From positions 1 through 64,000 of the forward strand of contig CAWJSR010000026.1 in NCBI GenBank assembly GCA_963845515.1: 64,000 nt of DNA, read 5' to 3'. The stretch comes from an uncultured delta proteobacterium (GTDB lineage Bacteria > Myxococcota > Myxococcia > Myxococcales > Anaeromyxobacteraceae). The notes under the pieces are model-generated. The model saw nothing but the letters and a program-made list of their open reading frames with translations. It was not told where the DNA came from and did not search any database. Below, piece by piece: positions 10,501 through 21,528 of the stretch (the stretch's first letter is position 1; every line of letters begins with the position of its first letter). Both the position numbers and the translations under genes were made by a program.

Positions 10501-10717
10501 CTACGAGAGCGGCACCGACGTGAACGGCGACTTCGTTCCCGGCGCGTGGGACGCCCGGACGCTCACGGGCGTGCTCGGGGTGAACGTCCTCTTCGGCCCG
10601 CTGCTACTCCGGGTCCACTTCGGTCACCCGTGGGACATCGGCGGGCAGGAGACGCCAGCGCTCCACTTCAACGAGCGCTGGGTCACGAACGTCACGCTGC
10701 GCTGGTTCTTCTTCTGA
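7598..10717 (+). CDS. Zn-peptidase-like plus TolB/PD40 propeller plus Omp85-type barrel protein (two apparent frameshifts, ~9478 and ~10365)
   Basis: Signal peptide; HELVH...[19 protein letters not shown] propeller repeats; NLRGF loop motif; C-terminal aromatic beta-signal TLRWFFF. Confidence 0.7.
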
Positions 10718-10718
10718 T

Positions 10719-10791
10719 GGGGCGTGCCGCCCCGCCCCGCCCTCTCATTCAATCCCCTCTCCCTCACTGAGGGAGAGGGACAGGGTGAAGG
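10719..10791. repeat. REP-like palindrome between convergent genes
   Basis: ccctctccctca-c-tgagggagaggg followed by acagggtgaagg; related copies at 58769 and 63025. Confidence 0.65.
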
Positions 10792-10808
10792 AGACGCCGT
10801 GGGCCCCC

Positions 10809-11880
10809 TCAGCTCGCCGCGAGCGCCGGCTCCTCTTCCTCGTCCTCGGCGGGGCGCTCCGGCGCCTGGGACGCCGGCCCCGGCTCCGGCGCCGGCGCGG
10901 CGCGCAGCCGCGCGAGCAGCGTGCCGTACGGCTCGGGGTGCGCTCGCAGCCACTCCGCGGCGCGCTCGCGTCCCTGGCCGATCCGCTCGCCGTCCAGGGA
11001 GAACCACGCCCCCGACTTCTCCAGAAGTCCCGCGCTCCACTGCGAGATCGAGCGCCTCGGCCCAGCGGTCCACGCCGACGCCGTACCGGATGTCGAACTC
11101 CGCCTCGCGGAATGGTGGCGCCAGCTTGTTCTTCACCACCTTCACGCGCGTCCGGCTCCCTACGACGGCCTCACCGTCCTTCACCTGGCCGATCCTCCGG
11201 ATGTCCAGCCGGACCGAGGCGTAGAACTTGAGCGCGTTGCCGCCCGTCGTGGTCTCGGGGTTGCCGAACACCACGCCGATCTTCATCCGGATCTGGTTGA
11301 TGAAGACGACGATCGACTGGTTGCGCGAGACCACCGCTGTCAGCTTCCTGAGCGCCTGGCTCATGAGGCGCGCCTGGAGCCCCATGTGCGCGTCCCCCAT
11401 CTCCCCCTCGATCTCCGCCCGCGGCACGAGCGCCGCCACCGAGTCGACCACCACGACGTCGACCGCGCCGGAGCGGACCAGCTGCTCTGCGATCTCCAGG
11501 GCCTGCTCGCCGGTGTCGGGCTGGGACACGAGGAGGTCCGGGAGCGAGACCCCGAGCCTCTTCGCGTAGCCGACGTCGAGCGCGTGCTCGGCGTCGACGA
11601 AGGCCGCCACGCCGCCCTGACGCTGCGCCTCCGCGATGGCGTGGAGGGCGAGGGTCGTCTTGCCGGAGGACTCCGGACCGTAGATCTCGACGACCCGCCC
11701 GCGCGGCAGCCCCCCGACGCCCAGGGCGAGGTCCAGCCCCAGCGACCCCGTCGGGACGACCGCGACCGCCTGCGGCCCGCCTCCCTCGCCGAGCCTCATG
11801 ACGCTCCCCTTTCCGAACTGCTTCTCGATCCCTCCGATCGCCGCCGCGAGGGCCTTCATCCGCTCCGTCAGCCTGCTCAT
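10809..11880 (-). CDS. recA: Recombinase A (apparent frameshift near 11022)
   Basis: [45 protein letters not shown]-terminus [19 protein letters not shown] in the shifted frame ends at TGA 10809. Confidence 0.97.
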
Positions 11881-11934
11881 GTGCTCCTCCCGCCCCGCTC
11901 CCGGGGCATCCGTCGTCGAGGCCTGGATCGGCCT

Positions 11935-13453
11935 TCAGCCCATCGGGCGATCGAGCACCCGAAACTGGATCGCCTCGGCCATGTGCGCCGCGCCTATCCG
12001 CTCCAGCCCGTCGAGGTCGGCCAGCGTCCGCGCGACGCGCAGCACCTTGTCGTGGCCTCTGGCGGAGAGGCCGAGCCTGTCTATCGCCGCCTCGAGGAGC
12101 TGGCGCCCCGCCGCGTCCGGCGTGCAGTGGCGCCTCAGGGCCGCGCCGCGCAGCCGCGCGTTGCAGACGGCCGCGCGGCCGCCCCGGTCGGACTGCCGCC
12201 GCCTCGCACCCAGCACCCGCTCGCGGACCCCGGCGCTGGTCTCCCCCTCGCCCGCCGCGCCGAGGACCGCCCGCCCCAGCGCGGGGACGTCTACGTGCAG
12301 GTCGATCCGATCCAGCAGCGGCCCAGAGATGCGGCGGCGGTAGCGAAGCAGCTCCGCGGTGGTGCAGCGGCACCGCCGGCGTGCGTCACCGAGGTGGCCG
12401 CAGGGGCACGGGTTCATCGCGGCGACGAGCATGAACTGCGCGGGGAAGCAGGCCGTCCTCCCGGCGCGCGACACCACGACCTCCCCGTCCTCGGCCGGCT
12501 GCCTGAGCGCCTCGAGCACGTGGCGCCGGAACTCGGGGAGCTCGTCCAGGAAGAGGACGCCGTTGTGCGCCAGCGAGACCTCGCCCGGCCGCGGGATGCT
12601 GCTCCCGCCGACGAGCCCGGCGTCCGGAGATCGAGTGGTGAGGGGCGCGAAATGGGCGCTCGCGCAGCAGCCCGCGGTGGCGCGTGAGCCCCGCGACGCT
12701 GTGCACCACCGTGGTCTCCAGCGCCTCCTCGAACTCCAGCGGAGGCAGGAGCGTCGGGAGGCGCCGGGCGAGCATCGTCTTTCCGCTCCCGGGTGGCCCG
12801 AAGAAGAGCAGGTTGTGACCGCCCGCAGCGGCGATCTCCAGCGCGCGCTTCGCGTGCTCCTGCCCGGCGACGTCGGCGAGATCCAGGCCGTGCGGGTTGG
12901 GGACGCCAGCCGCCTCCTCCGCGGCGATGGGCTCCAGCGCGACCTCGCCCCGCAACCAGCCGAGCAGCTCCCCGGCGTGCCGGACCGGATGGACGGCGAG
13001 CCCCTCGACGATCCCGGCCTCCAGCCCGTTTGCGGCCGGGCAGACGAGCCCGCGCGCGCCCGCGGCGCGGGCCGCGATGGCGAGCGGGAGGACTCCGCGA
13101 ACCGGCTTCACGTCTCCGGACAGCGAGAGCTCGCCGGTGAAGTGGAGCCCCGCCAGCGCGTCCGCCGGGACCTCACCGAGGGCGGCGAGGAGCGCGGCGG
13201 CGATCGGAAGGTCGAAGCCGGTCCCCTCCTTGCGCAGGTCGGCCGGCGCGAGGTTCACCACGACCCGCTTCTGCGGGACCTTGATCCCGGTGTTGCGGAT
13301 GGCCGCGAGGACCCTGACCTTCGCCTCCTGGACCGCGCTGCCCGCGAGCCCGACCAGGTGGAAGCCCGGCATCCCATTGCCGGCCTCGACCTCGACGTCG
13401 ACCGGGACTGAGCCGACGCCGAGGAGGGCGCCGGAGCGTACGCGCACGAGCAT
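11935..13453 (-). CDS. comM: YifB/ComM Mg-chelatase-like AAA+ ATPase (apparent frameshift near 12628)
   Basis: [67 protein letters not shown]. Confidence 0.93.
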
Positions 13454-13464
13454 GCCCGCGGTTG

Positions 13465-13480
13465 AGCACGGGCCGTGCCG
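13465..13480 (-). promoter_or_regulatory. Putative sigma54 promoter of comM-recA
   Basis: CGGCACG-GCCC-GTGCT has correct GG-N10-GC spacing; 12 nt lie between the GC and the ATG. Confidence 0.45.
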
Positions 13481-13573
13481 GCGCGATCGGCGCGGTTTCA
13501 GTGAGGGCGGCGGGGGGCGAGCGGCTCACCCGCGGCCGCCCCGTGCGTGGCGCGGACCTGCGCCGACGAACCC

Positions 13574-14167
13574 CTAGAACAGACTTTCCGGGACGTAGAC
13601 GATGTCCCCGGGCTCCAGCATGAAGTTCGGCGCCTTGCCGAGCGCGATGTCCTGCACGTTCACGCGCACCTTCACCTCCTGCGCGTCGACGCGGCGGGTG
13701 ACCGAGGTGCTGTTCTGCGCGGCGGTCCTGGTGAAGCCGCCGGCCAGCGTCACCGCCTGGATCACCGTCATGCCGTCTTGGTAGGGGAACGTCCCGGGCT
13801 TCTGGACCTCCCCGAAGACGAAGACCTTCTTCGAGTTGAACTCGCGGACGAGGACGGTGACCTGCGGGTCGCGCAGGAAGCCCTCCGAGAGGCAGGCGCG
13901 GAGCTTCTCGGCTGCGCCGTTGGCCGTGATCCCGCCGACGACGACCCGCCGGCAGAGCGGGAAGATGAGGTCCCCCTGCGCGCCGACCTGGTAGAGACCG
14001 GAGAGCTCCGGCTCCTGGAAGACCCTGACCTCGATGAGGTCGCCGGCGCCGAGCGTCGACGCGACGGTGTCGACCGTCCGCTCCGGAAGGACGGGGCGCG
14101 GCGCGCGCGGGCAGCCGGAGAGGGCGACGAGCGCGGCGAGGAGTGCGACTGGTCCGAGGCGGTTCAT
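13574..14167 (-). CDS. Short OPX (Wza-like) polysaccharide export lipoprotein, Poly_export plus SLBB
   Basis: Lipobox [50 protein letters not shown]; no C-terminal OM helix. Confidence 0.88.
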   Translation of the reverse strand: MNRLGPVALLAALVALSGCPRAPRPVLPERTVDTVASTLGAGDLIEVRVFQEPELSGLYQVGAQGDLIFPLCRRVVVGGITANGAAEKLRACLSEGFLRDPQVTVLVREFNSKKVFVFGEVQKPGTFPYQDGMTVIQAVTLAGGFTRTAAQNSTSVTRRVDAQEVKVRVNVQDIALGKAPNFMLEPGDIVYVPESLF

Positions 14168-14241
14168 GGTGCCCGAGTGGCGCGGCCGGCCGCCCGCAGC
14201 GAGGGAGCGCCGGCCGGGGCGCCAGCTCACGAGGTCCGCCG

Positions 14242-15525
14242 TCAGTAGATGACCGACGCCCGGAGGAAGACCGCGTGGCGCGTGTAGTCGAAGGTCGCCG
14301 GCTCGCTCCCCACGCCACCGTAGGTGGAGTCACGATTGGTGAGCGTGTAGCCGAGATCGGCGTGCAGCCACTTCGCCACCTCGGCCTGCAGCGACGGCTC
14401 GATCAGCAGCACTCTGGCCGTCGTGTCGTTGCCGGTGACCTGGTACGCGACCATGTCGTAGCGGACGCCGAGCTTGGCGGTGTACCGCCGCGCGACCTTG
14501 TACTGGGCGTCGGCCGAGAGCCGGTGCATCGTGTAGACCGCGTAGGCCGCGCCTGGCTCGGTGCCGAGGTTGCGGGAGTAGCCGGCCTTCACCGACGCCT
14601 CGGCGACCGGGATCCACTCGGCCTCGACCGTGGCGAGCCACGTGCCGACGTCGTAGGAGGTGCCTTCGGCCATGGTGGCGCCGTAGCCCGCCCGGATGGT
14701 CGCGCCAAACTGCGTGGTCACGAGCCCCGAGAGGCCGGCGACGAGGCGCAGCGTGGCGATCTCGGGCGAGTAACCAGGCGCGAGGGGATCCGTCTCGTTC
14801 GGGAGCCGCATCGAGTAGCCGGCGTCGAAGGTCGCCTGCGTGCGCGGCAGGAACTTCCAGATGGCCGAGCCGCGCCCCTGGAGGTCGCTGTAACCCAGCT
14901 TCTTCAGTGACTCGGAGTCGCAGGAGGGGTCGCCGGCGAGCCCCCCGGAGGCACACGGCCCATCGCCGGCGAGCGGCTCGTAGGACTCGATGGCCCAGTC
15001 ACCGCCCAGCGCGAAGATGAGCGCGCCGCCGCCCGGCATGAACGGGACCGTGACGGAGAGCATGTTGTAGTTGGCGATCGCTGGCGTCGCGAGCGACAGC
15101 GCCTGCACCTGGTTGCTGCGCCGGAAGGCCTCGCGCAGCTCGAAGGCGACGCGCCCCTTCGGGTTCACCGACAGGCGGAGCCCGGCGTCCCCCCACCAGC
15201 CGCTGATGTCGGCCGTGTTGTCGCCCATCCCCAGGTACTGGACCCGCTCCACCGCGGCGCGAGCGTCGACGGCGACCATCTCGCCCGGAACGTCGAGCTT
15301 CAGGCCGGGCCGGAAGTGGAACGCCAGGTCGCCCTGGGCGGCACCGGCGTCGGTCGTGTAGACGTTCGAGTCGTACCGCGCGGTGATCTCGAGGAAGGGG
15401 TGGAGCACGCCGTCGCTCCCCCCGATCCGGATCCCATCCCCTACACCGGCGCTCGCGGGCGCAGCGAACATCAGCGCGAGCGCGCCGGCTGCGAACCCGA
15501 TTCCCCTGAAAGTCCTCGCGGTCAT
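14242..15525 (-). CDS. Outer-membrane beta-barrel partner of the OPX protein (EpsX/Wzp-like)
   Basis: Signal peptide, [15 protein letters not shown], alternating beta-strands, C-terminal [14 protein letters not shown]; adjacent to a short OPX. Confidence 0.75.
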   Translation of the reverse strand: MTARTFRGIGFAAGALALMFAAPASAGVGDGIRIGGSDGVLHPFLEITARYDSNVYTTDAGAAQGDLAFHFRPGLKLDVPGEMVAVDARAAVERVQYLGMGDNTADISGWWGDAGLRLSVNPKGRVAFELREAFRRSNQVQALSLATPAIANYNMLSVTVPFMPGGGALIFALGGDWAIESYEPLAGDGPCASGGLAGDPSCDSESLKKLGYSDLQGRGSAIWKFLPRTQATFDAGYSMRLPNETDPLAPGYSPEIATLRLVAGLSGLVTTQFGATIRAGYGATMAEGTSYDVGTWLATVEAEWIPVAEASVKAGYSRNLGTEPGAAYAVYTMHRLSADAQYKVARRYTAKLGVRYDMVAYQVTGNDTTARVLLIEPSLQAEVAKWLHADLGYTLTNRDSTYGGVGSEPATFDYTRHAVFLRASVIY

Positions 15526-15633
15526 CTCTCCCTCAATCCCCCCGCCGGGGCGGGCATCCCCCTGGCCGGGCTCGCCCCACGCACGGAATCCGCGGGCAAT
15601 CTCGAAGCCGCGCCCCTCGCGCGGCGGCCATTA

Positions 15634-16257
15634 CTAGTAGGGGCTCGCCGGATACGGCCGCCGCACGGGCGGCGGCGGCGTGAAGAACCCGCCCCCACCG
15701 AAGGCGGAGCCGATGCTGTCGGCCGACTTGCTGATCGACGACGGGTCAGTGGCGTTCTCGCTCGCGGTCACCCCGCCGAACGAGTCGCCCGTGAGCCTCA
15801 CCTCGGGGGGAAGATCCTCGGGCTGCTGCACCTCGACCGAGGTCTTCTCGTCCACGACGAAGGCGAGCTGACCGATGCACTCCTCGGCCTCGGTTCGCAG
15901 CTGGTCGGCCTTGCCACGGGCGATCGCGATCTTGGAGTACTCGGCGTCGGCGCCGGCGTCGCCCTTGGCGAGCGCCTCCTGGAGCGCCATCTCGGCGCCC
16001 TCGGCGACGTTCAGGATCTGCTTGATCTGCGCCAGCTTCTCGTTGACGCAGTTCAGCTTGACGATGTCCTTCTCGTTTCGCGCTTCCTCCACGCGCCCGA
16101 GCACCTGCTTCATCGCGCCCTTCACCTGGGTGACGTGGGAGGAGGCCTTCTTCATCAGGAACGGATTCCCGCCCCCGATCTGGATGTCGCCCACGGTCTG
16201 ACCGAGGGCAGGACCTGCCAGGAAAAGAGCGGCCAGCGCCGCGAAGAGCGTCTTCAA
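15634..16257 (-). CDS. Secreted helical protein with two Cys (uncharacterised)
   Basis: TTG start at 16257 downstream of the promoter; signal peptide; KDIVKLNCVNEKL and AEECIG; ends PASPY. Confidence 0.7.
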   Translation of the reverse strand: MKTLFAALAALFLAGPALGQTVGDIQIGGGNPFLMKKASSHVTQVKGAMKQVLGRVEEARNEKDIVKLNCVNEKLAQIKQILNVAEGAEMALQEALAKGDAGADAEYSKIAIARGKADQLRTEAEECIGQLAFVVDEKTSVEVQQPEDLPPEVRLTGDSFGGVTASENATDPSSISKSADSIGSAFGGGGFFTPPPPVRRPYPASPY

Positions 16258-16296
16258 GCGTTCACCCCACCGAGAGAGTTCGGGAAAAGCCTTGGG

Positions 16297-16326
16297 AGTA
16301 TAGACGCTTCGCTTCGACGGGGTCAA
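16297..16326 (-). promoter_or_regulatory. Sigma70-type promoter for the export module
   Basis: TTGACC-N18-TATACT. Confidence 0.7.
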
Positions 16327-16383
16327 TTAAGGTGTGAGGCGGCGGGGATCACCTCCCGCCGCCCCCTCAAAGCGGGACTCCGA

Positions 16384-19300
16384 TCAGGGCAGCTCTGCGT
16401 CCAACCCCGTCGCGGGGCCCGAAATGGGACCCGACGTCGCACCTATCTGGGCCTCTTCGCTCCCCGCCTCGGGACCGTCGAGATCGCCGTCGGTGGGGAC
16501 GACGACGCAGCGCCAGCGGTCACGAGCCTTGACGAGCCGTACCGGGACCTCCACCGACGACTCGGCGAAGGGCTGCGGCTGGCCGTTCCTCTGCCAGGTG
16601 AACCGGTACTTCACGTCGTCGCGGTCCGGATCCTCGGACTTCGTCACCACGACGCAGCGGACCGGCTTCCCCTCGACGGGGTTCCAGGGCTCCAGCGTGA
16701 CCCGCGTCGGGCCCGGCGGCGAGTTGCCGACCGTCCGCTCGGCCCTCCCTGGCGCCCCGTCCTGCCGACCGTCGCGCGGCGTGGCGCTGCACCGGAACCG
16801 ATCGCCCTTCTTGACGAGGCTCGCCGCCACGACGCGCGGATCGGCGCCCGGTGGAACCGGCTTGTCGTTCCGTTGCCAGGTGTACGCGTACGTGATGGTG
16901 TCGCCATCGGCGTCCGCGGAGTCGGCCACGATCCGGCAGGAGAGGTCGTCGCCGGCGCGCGGCGTGGCGGGCTCCACGGCCACGGTCGGAGCACCCGGGG
17001 GAGTGTTCGCGACGGTGACGCTGGTCTCCATGCGGCTGCTGTCGGCGTGGCCGTCCGAGCCCCACGCTTCGCAGCTCCACTTCTCGCCGTGGCGGACCAC
17101 TCCTGCGGGCAGGACGGCCCTGTCGGAGAGCGGCATCGGCTTCCCGTCGCGCTTCCAGCGATGGAGGACCGTGACGGCCTCGCGATCGGCGTCCTGCGCC
17201 GGAGTCGTGACGGCGCACTCCAGCGACTGCCCCACGGTCGGCACCGCCGGGGTGATCACGACCGCCGGGGCCGCCGGTGGCGTGTTCACCACCGAGGCCT
17301 CGGCGACGATCCGCTCGCCTTCCTCCTCGCCGTCGAACGGCGTCACCTCGACCCGCCAACGCTCCAGGTGGCGCGGGGTCCCGGAGGCGACCGAGGCCAC
17401 CTCGATCCCGGCCGGCACGCCGTCGCGGATCCAGCGGTACCGGTAGGCGATGGAGTCCCCATCGCGATCCGGCGCGGGGCGAGCCACCCTTACGTTGAGC
17501 CCGGACTTCGCGGTCGGCTCCGCCGGCTCGATGGCGATCTGCGGCGCCGAAGGAGGCGTGTTGATCACGCGGCACTCCGCCGCCGCGGGCGGGCCCGACA
17601 GCTCGCCGTCGAACGGCGTGACGACGATGCGGGCGAGGTCGTGCTTCTTGAGCGCGACGCCAGTGAGCCTGAACTGCCCCTGGCTCTGCGGGACCACCTT
17701 GCCGTTCACCGTCCACTCCGAGCGGAGCGTGATGGAGTCTCCGTCGTCGTCGACCGACGGGGTGAGGACGGTGGCGGTGAGATCGGCCCCCTCGCGAACC
17801 GGGCCGTCGCACAGGTTGAGCGCGAGCGCCGCCGGCGGCGTATCGGCGACCACGGCCTCGGCCCGGACCGCGGAGCTCTCGGCCTCGCCGTCCATCGCCA
17901 CGACCTCGACCGCCCACTGCTCGCCCTTGCGGAGGGCGCCGCGCGCGATCTGGGCCTGGTCGGGCGGATTGGCCAGCTGCTGGCCGTTCTTGTACCAGGT
18001 GTACCGGTAGGTGACGGCGTCGCCGTCGGGGTCCGCCGCCTGCTTGACCGAGAGGTTGAGCCCGTCACCGCGGCGCGGCCGGCCGGGAGAGAAGCCGACC
18101 TGCGGGGCCGGTGGGGGGCTGTTGACGACGAGGGTCCGGGCGCGTGCGGCCGGCCCCCAGGCCTCGCCGTCGCTCGCCTCTACCTCCACCTCCCAGTGCT
18201 GCCCCTTGGCGAAGAGGGCACGGGGGAGCTCGGCGGTGCTGGTCCAGAACGGCGCCTTCGTGGAGCCCTCGCTCCCGTCGGAGACCTCCACGGGCGCGCC
18301 GTCCCGGAACCAGCGGTAGCGGTACTTGAGCGCGTCGCCGTCGGCGTCCTTAGCCGCGACCTTCATGACCGCCTTGAACGGCCCGGTCACCGCCGGCTTC
18401 GCCGTGCTGAAGGCGACCTCGGGTGCGCCGGGCACGGCGTTGTCTGACGGTCACCTCGACGGCGACCGGCTCGCCCGCCTCCTGTCCGTCATGCGGGGTC
18501 ACGACCACCTTGACCCGCTCGTGCTTCTTGAAGTCCGACGGCCCGAGGGCCTCGCCCGAGCCACCGGTCTGGCGCCCCTCGTGAGTCCAGGCGATCTGGA
18601 GCCGGACGGCGTCGCCGTCGACGTCGCTCGCGGGGCGCTGGACGACGAGCTTGATCTGCTCGCCGCCCCTGGGGTGGGCGGGCTCGAGCGCGATCCGGGG
18701 AGGCTCCGGAGGCGTGTTGGTGACGATCGAGATGGCGGTCGCGGCCGGACCGTCCTCCTCGCCGTCGTGTGGGGTGACGGTGACCTCGAACCGGTCGTTG
18801 CGGGTGACCTCGCCGCCGGGGACCTCGCGCGGGTCGCCCGCGACGGTCAGCGGCTTGCCGTTCTTGCTCCAGGCGAAGCGGTACATGAGGTCGTCGCCAT
18901 CGACGTCGGACGAGGCGCTCACGACGACGGCGCGCAGGGGCTCACCCTTGCGCGGCTTCGCCGGTCGATCTCGACCCGCGGCATCGTCGGCGCGGTGTTG
19001 CGGAACGTCACCTCGGCCTCGGCGGGCGGCCCCTCGAGCTGGCCGTCGAAGGCGCGGACCTCGACCTTCACCTTCTGGTGCTTCCGCGCACCACCTGCCG
19101 GGAGCAGCGGCGCCTCCAGCGGCTGGTTGCGCGCCTCGCCCGCCACGCTCCAGCGGTGGCGGTAGACGATGGAGTCCCCGTCGATGTCCGTCGCGGCGCG
19201 CTCCAGCCGCACCGAGACCTTGTCCGTGCGCCGTGGCGACTTGGGCTCCAGCGCCACGGCGACGGCCCCTGGAGCCGTGTCGCCTACCCGCGCCGACGCG

Positions 19301-21063
19301 AAGACCGGCTTGGCGTCCAGCTCTCCGTCGCTGGCCACGACCCGGGCGGTCACGAGCGCCCCCTTGCGCATCAGCTCGCCCGGGAGCTTCTCCCCGCTGA
19401 CGCCGGTCTCCAGCCCCTCCAGCAGCCAGTCGATCCGGTAGGTGATCGCGTCGCCGTCGGGGTCAGCGGGCGGCCTCGTGACGACCAGGCGCGCCACGGC
19501 CGAGCGCGATGGCTGCGGGGGATCGAGGGCGAGCGTCGCCTCGCCAGGGGGCGTGTCGAGCACCCGGACCTCGGGGCTCTCCGCGATGCGCGTCCCCACC
19601 GTCGGCGTCAGGACGTAGCGCCAGCGCTCGCCGCGCCGGACCGTCCCGGGGGCCAGCTCGCGCTTCCCGTCGAACTCCTTCGCGGGGCGGCCGTTCTTGA
19701 ACCACTCGATCTTGGGCTCTGGCACCGCCTGACCCGGCGTGGCGTCCAGCCAGACGCTGCGCCACTTCGCGACCAGGGTGTCCATCGCTCGCGGCTCGGC
19801 CGGCGAGAGCGCGAGGTCACGGTAAGAAGGCGGGTTGGGACCGAACCGCCCGGAGCGCGAGGCGTCGCGCGCCGAGCACGGCCATGGCGCCGCAGCGAGG
19901 GCCGTCCCTGCGCGCGGCGCCCGCACCGCGTGCAGCTGCCCGGCGGGAACGCCGACGAAGACGGAGAGCGTCCCGTCCCCCACGGCGTCGAAGAGGAGCG
20001 GCGAGGCGGCGACGTCGGCTCCGCCGAGCGCCGCCGGGAACCCGGCCAGGCGCTTGCCGGTCCGGTCGTAAGCCGAGACCGCGCCGTCGGACGAGACCAC
20101 CGCGACGTCCACCGCCCCGTCGCGATCGAGGTCGCCCAGGACCGGCCCGCCGAAGATGCGCCCCGAGTGCCGGATCGGGAAGCCGGGGAGCGCCTTGCCG
20201 CGGGAGTCGATGACGTGGAGCAGGCCGTCGGCCGACGCGAAGGCGATCTCGAGCCGCGAGTCACCCAGGACGTCGGCGGCAGCCGGCCCCTCGTAGATCC
20301 GGTAGCTCGCCTTGTGGGGGAAGCCCTTCAGCGCCTTCCCCTTCGCATCGACCGCGTAGACGCCGAAGTCCTGGCTCGCGACGACGAGGTCGTTCGCCCC
20401 GTCGTCGTCGACGTCGGCGAAGATCGGAGCGCCGGTCACCGCGAACGAGGTGGCGAGCGGGAAGCCCTGCCGCCCGTGGCCCGCCGTGTCCATGACGTAG
20501 ACCTTGCCGTCCTCGCAGCCGACGGCGATCGAGGTCCCGCCCGCGAACGTCCCACTCGACGTGGAGCTGGTCACCGCGCGGCCGAGCGCGATGGGGTAGC
20601 CGCGCGCCTCGGCGCCGCTCCGCTTGAACGCGTGCAGCCTGCCGCGCTCGTCGCCGACCAGCACCTCGGGCTTGCCGTCGCCGTCGACGTCCACGAAGCT
20701 GGCGCCGGCCTTGGCGCGCGCCCCGAGCGGGAGCGGGAAGCCGGGGAGGAGCTTGCCGCTCCACAGGAAGACCTTCCCCGAGGCGGACACGACCGCAACC
20801 TCGGGCCGCTTGTCGCCGTCCATGTCGCCGGCGGCGGGCGCGCCGCTCGCCGCCTCGCCGGGGCCGAGGGCGAACGGGAAGCCGGGAACGCCGCCTCCGT
20901 CGCCGCGGACCGCGACGACGCTCTCGCCAGCCGCGACCACGATCACCGGGGTGCTGCCGAGCTCGATCCCGATGGCCGACTGCGAGATGCGCCCGCCGGT
21001 GTCGATCGGGAAGTTCGGAAGGGCGCCTGCCCCGAGCGCGACGGCGAGGAGAAGCTCGATCAT
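16384..21063 (-). CDS. Giant secreted adhesin-like protein: FG-GAP/VCBS propeller plus 12 Ig-like repeats (apparent frameshifts ~18965 and ~18445)
   Basis: Signal peptide; repeated GFP...P...DxDGDG.EV blades; 12 units of about 95 aa starting N/D-T/S-PP, most with DxDGD...Y.W motifs, across ORFs 18919..21063, 18350..18922 and 16384..18435. Confidence 0.8.
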
Positions 21064-21078
21064 GGCGTGTTTCCCTGG

Positions 21079-21528
21079 CTAGAGGCGCTCGGCGAGGCGA
21101 GCGTTGACCTCACGGAGCCGGCTCGAGAGGAGCCGTGCGATGTTGACGACGACGAGCGTGAACCCGTCCCGGGAGTGCTTCCTGAACGTGGAGAAGTTCT
21201 CGGCGGTGAGCTGCAGGGCGACGCAGTCCGACCGGGCGCGGACGGTGGCGGACCGCTGCTCCCGGTCGATCAGGGACATCTCGCCGAAGGCTGCCGGCGC
21301 CCCGAGGACGGCGAGCACCTTCTCCCCGCCCGCGGGGCCGCTCACGACCTCGACCTCGCCGCTGGCGAGGACGTACAGCGACGCGCCGAGCTCGCCCTCG
21401 GCGAAGACGGTCTCGCCGCGCGCGAAGCCTCGCGGCTTCGACAGCTCGCCGAGCACGTCGAGCTCGGCGCCCGAGAGCAGCTCGAACACCGGGGACTGCC
21501 GCAGCACCTTCGCCTTGTCGATGTTCAT
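21079..21528 (-). CDS. Stand-alone cyclic-nucleotide-binding domain protein
   Basis: VFAEGELGASLYVLASGEVEV, FGEMSLIDREQRSATVRA; no HTH. Confidence 0.9.
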   Translation of the reverse strand: MNIDKAKVLRQSPVFELLSGAELDVLGELSKPRGFARGETVFAEGELGASLYVLASGEVEVVSGPAGGEKVLAVLGAPAAFGEMSLIDREQRSATVRARSDCVALQLTAENFSTFRKHSRDGFTLVVVNIARLLSSRLREVNARLAERL

